In this document: positions 32,606 to 32,634 of the stretch, one piece after another
How the letters are laid out: each line of letters begins with the position of its first letter
Numbering within the stretch: position 1 is the first letter of the stretch
From: Octopus bimaculoides
Taxonomy: Eukaryota
DNA: 32,634 nt
NCBI RefSeq assembly: GCF_001194135.2
Contig: NC_068993.1
Coordinates: 12,299,091 to 12,331,724, forward strand
Direction of reading: 5' to 3'
Made by a program: the position numbers and the translations under genes
Notes under the pieces: model-generated
Seen by the model: the letters and a program-made list of their open reading frames with translations, nothing else
Told to the model about the DNA's origin: nothing
Databases searched by the model: none

Positions 32606-32634
32606 TTATTATTATTATTATTATTATTATTTTA

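Overview
This is AT-rich eukaryotic non-coding DNA dominated by microsatellites and retroelements, with six assembly gaps. The repeat families and the extreme (TA)n/(TAT)n/(GATA)n content point to an Octopus genome, probably intronic or intergenic; this is inferred from family recognition, not a database search. No protein-coding gene can be supported, and nearly all ORF-track entries are microsatellite or N-gap artefacts. Supported content: (1) three families of tRNA-derived SINEs, including two young ~385-bp copies in inverted orientation, each with an 11-bp TSD; (2) four fragments of restriction-like-endonuclease (R4/Dong-type) non-LTR retrotransposons, three clustered on the minus strand inside (TAA)n tracts at 28.1-32.6 kb, one of which appears to be an internally deleted derivative retaining both ends; (3) two short solo-LTR-like elements (159 and 185 bp, TG...CA ends, 5-bp TSDs); (4) a Tc1/mariner-type MITE; (5) a minimal hammerhead ribozyme motif with a variant core at the window start, of the kind carried by Penelope-like elements; (6) a composite of a tRNA-like head and a hammerhead remnant at 16.9-17.2 kb; (7) a long, near-perfect hairpin at 25.95-26.05 kb.
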